From Candidatus Dormiibacterota bacterium (GTDB lineage Bacteria; Eisenbacteria; RBG-16-71-46; SZUA-252), in the NCBI GenBank assembly GCA_035635575.1, contig DASQAV010000031.1:1527-65526 (forward strand): a stretch of 64,000 nt of DNA. Reading direction: 5' to 3'. Below the pieces are notes generated by a model. The model had not been told where the DNA came from, ran no database searches, and was given only the letters and a program-made list of their open reading frames with translations. Numbering within the stretch: the stretch's first letter is position 1; every line of letters starts with the position of its first letter. This document shows positions 63,843 through 64,000 of the stretch, piece by piece. Made by a program: the position numbers and the translations under genes.

Positions 63843-64000
63843 TAACGAACGACACAGCGAGCGCAGCCCAGATACCCCGTCAGGATGTAATAGGCCGCGA
63901 TGTGGGCGTTCTGTTCCGCATCCTTCTTTCCCAGATCGCTGCTGGATGTGCCCTGGACAGCGATCCTGGTTCCTCCTCCGGCGGGATCCCTGGAACGAAC
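63843..64000 (-). CDS. 3' end of a second pilin-like gene (C-terminal fragment only; the gene continues beyond the window)
   Basis: The open minus-strand frame ends ...GTRIAVQGTSSSDLGKKDAEQNAHIAAYYILTGYLGCARCVVR* with a TAG at 63843-63845. The C-terminal Cys pair resembles a pilin disulfide loop. It is not in the ORF track because no start lies in the window. Confidence 0.35.

Noticed and set aside
1-64000. Search for CRISPR arrays, tRNA/rRNA genes, IS elements, integrases or phage genes
   Set aside because: No short regularly spaced direct repeats were found. No tRNA-like cloverleaf candidates were seen in the few intergenic regions longer than 150 nt (19526..19820, 22002..22226, 54358..54620, 55914..56105). 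There were no transposase or integrase-like translations. I found no evidence this region is a mobile or accessory island.

Overview
This is a very GC-rich (about 68-70% by eye), densely coding bacterial chromosomal segment with genes on both strands. The ORF finder accepts GTG/TTG starts; all ORF-track proteins are shown with M. I could support about 46 CDS. I found no rRNA, tRNA, CRISPR array, IS element or transposase.

The most prominent content is a set of large secreted proteins. Five of them end in the same ~80-aa C-terminal domain, which I read as a T9SS-type (Por_Secre_tail-like) sorting domain. These are a 1125-aa Calx-beta/InlB-B-repeat protein, an arylsulfotransferase-like beta-propeller, a PKD/He_PIG protein, a 1230-aa protein of unknown function, and a PQQ-type sugar dehydrogenase.

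Other content: two carboxypeptidase-regulatory-domain TonB-dependent receptors; secreted peptidases (M13, S8, M24); and an adaptor plus two FtsX-type ABC permeases with no ATPase in the window. Four paralogous GT-C-like polytopic membrane proteins with C-terminal TPR arrays (ArnT/PMT/TMTC-like) are present. A glycan-modification cluster holds a GT2-TM-CE4 deacetylase fusion and a parallel beta-helix protein. Signalling proteins include a MASE1-like hybrid histidine kinase, a PAS histidine kinase with a receiver, and a Ser/Thr kinase fused to an NB-ARC-like ATPase and TPR.

Smaller items are a dihaem cytochrome c-TPR fusion, a DRG-like TGS-domain GTPase, PspC and PepSY mini-proteins, and two pilin-like genes at the window end. 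The domain mix (T9SS-type CTDs with CarbopepD_reg receptors and TMTC-like proteins at this GC) would fit a Gemmatimonadota-like organism, but that is inference only.

Many long ORFs in the six-frame track are antisense or alternative-frame shadows of real genes, as expected at this GC, and I rejected them. The leads I consider most worth following are: a ParB/Srx-fold protein coupled to an HAD hydrolase and a 93-aa remnant-like ORF; a coupled membrane-protein/secreted-vWA operon; an adjacent tandem 23-bp direct repeat upstream of the PAS kinase; and the two very large CTD-bearing proteins with no recognisable catalytic domain.
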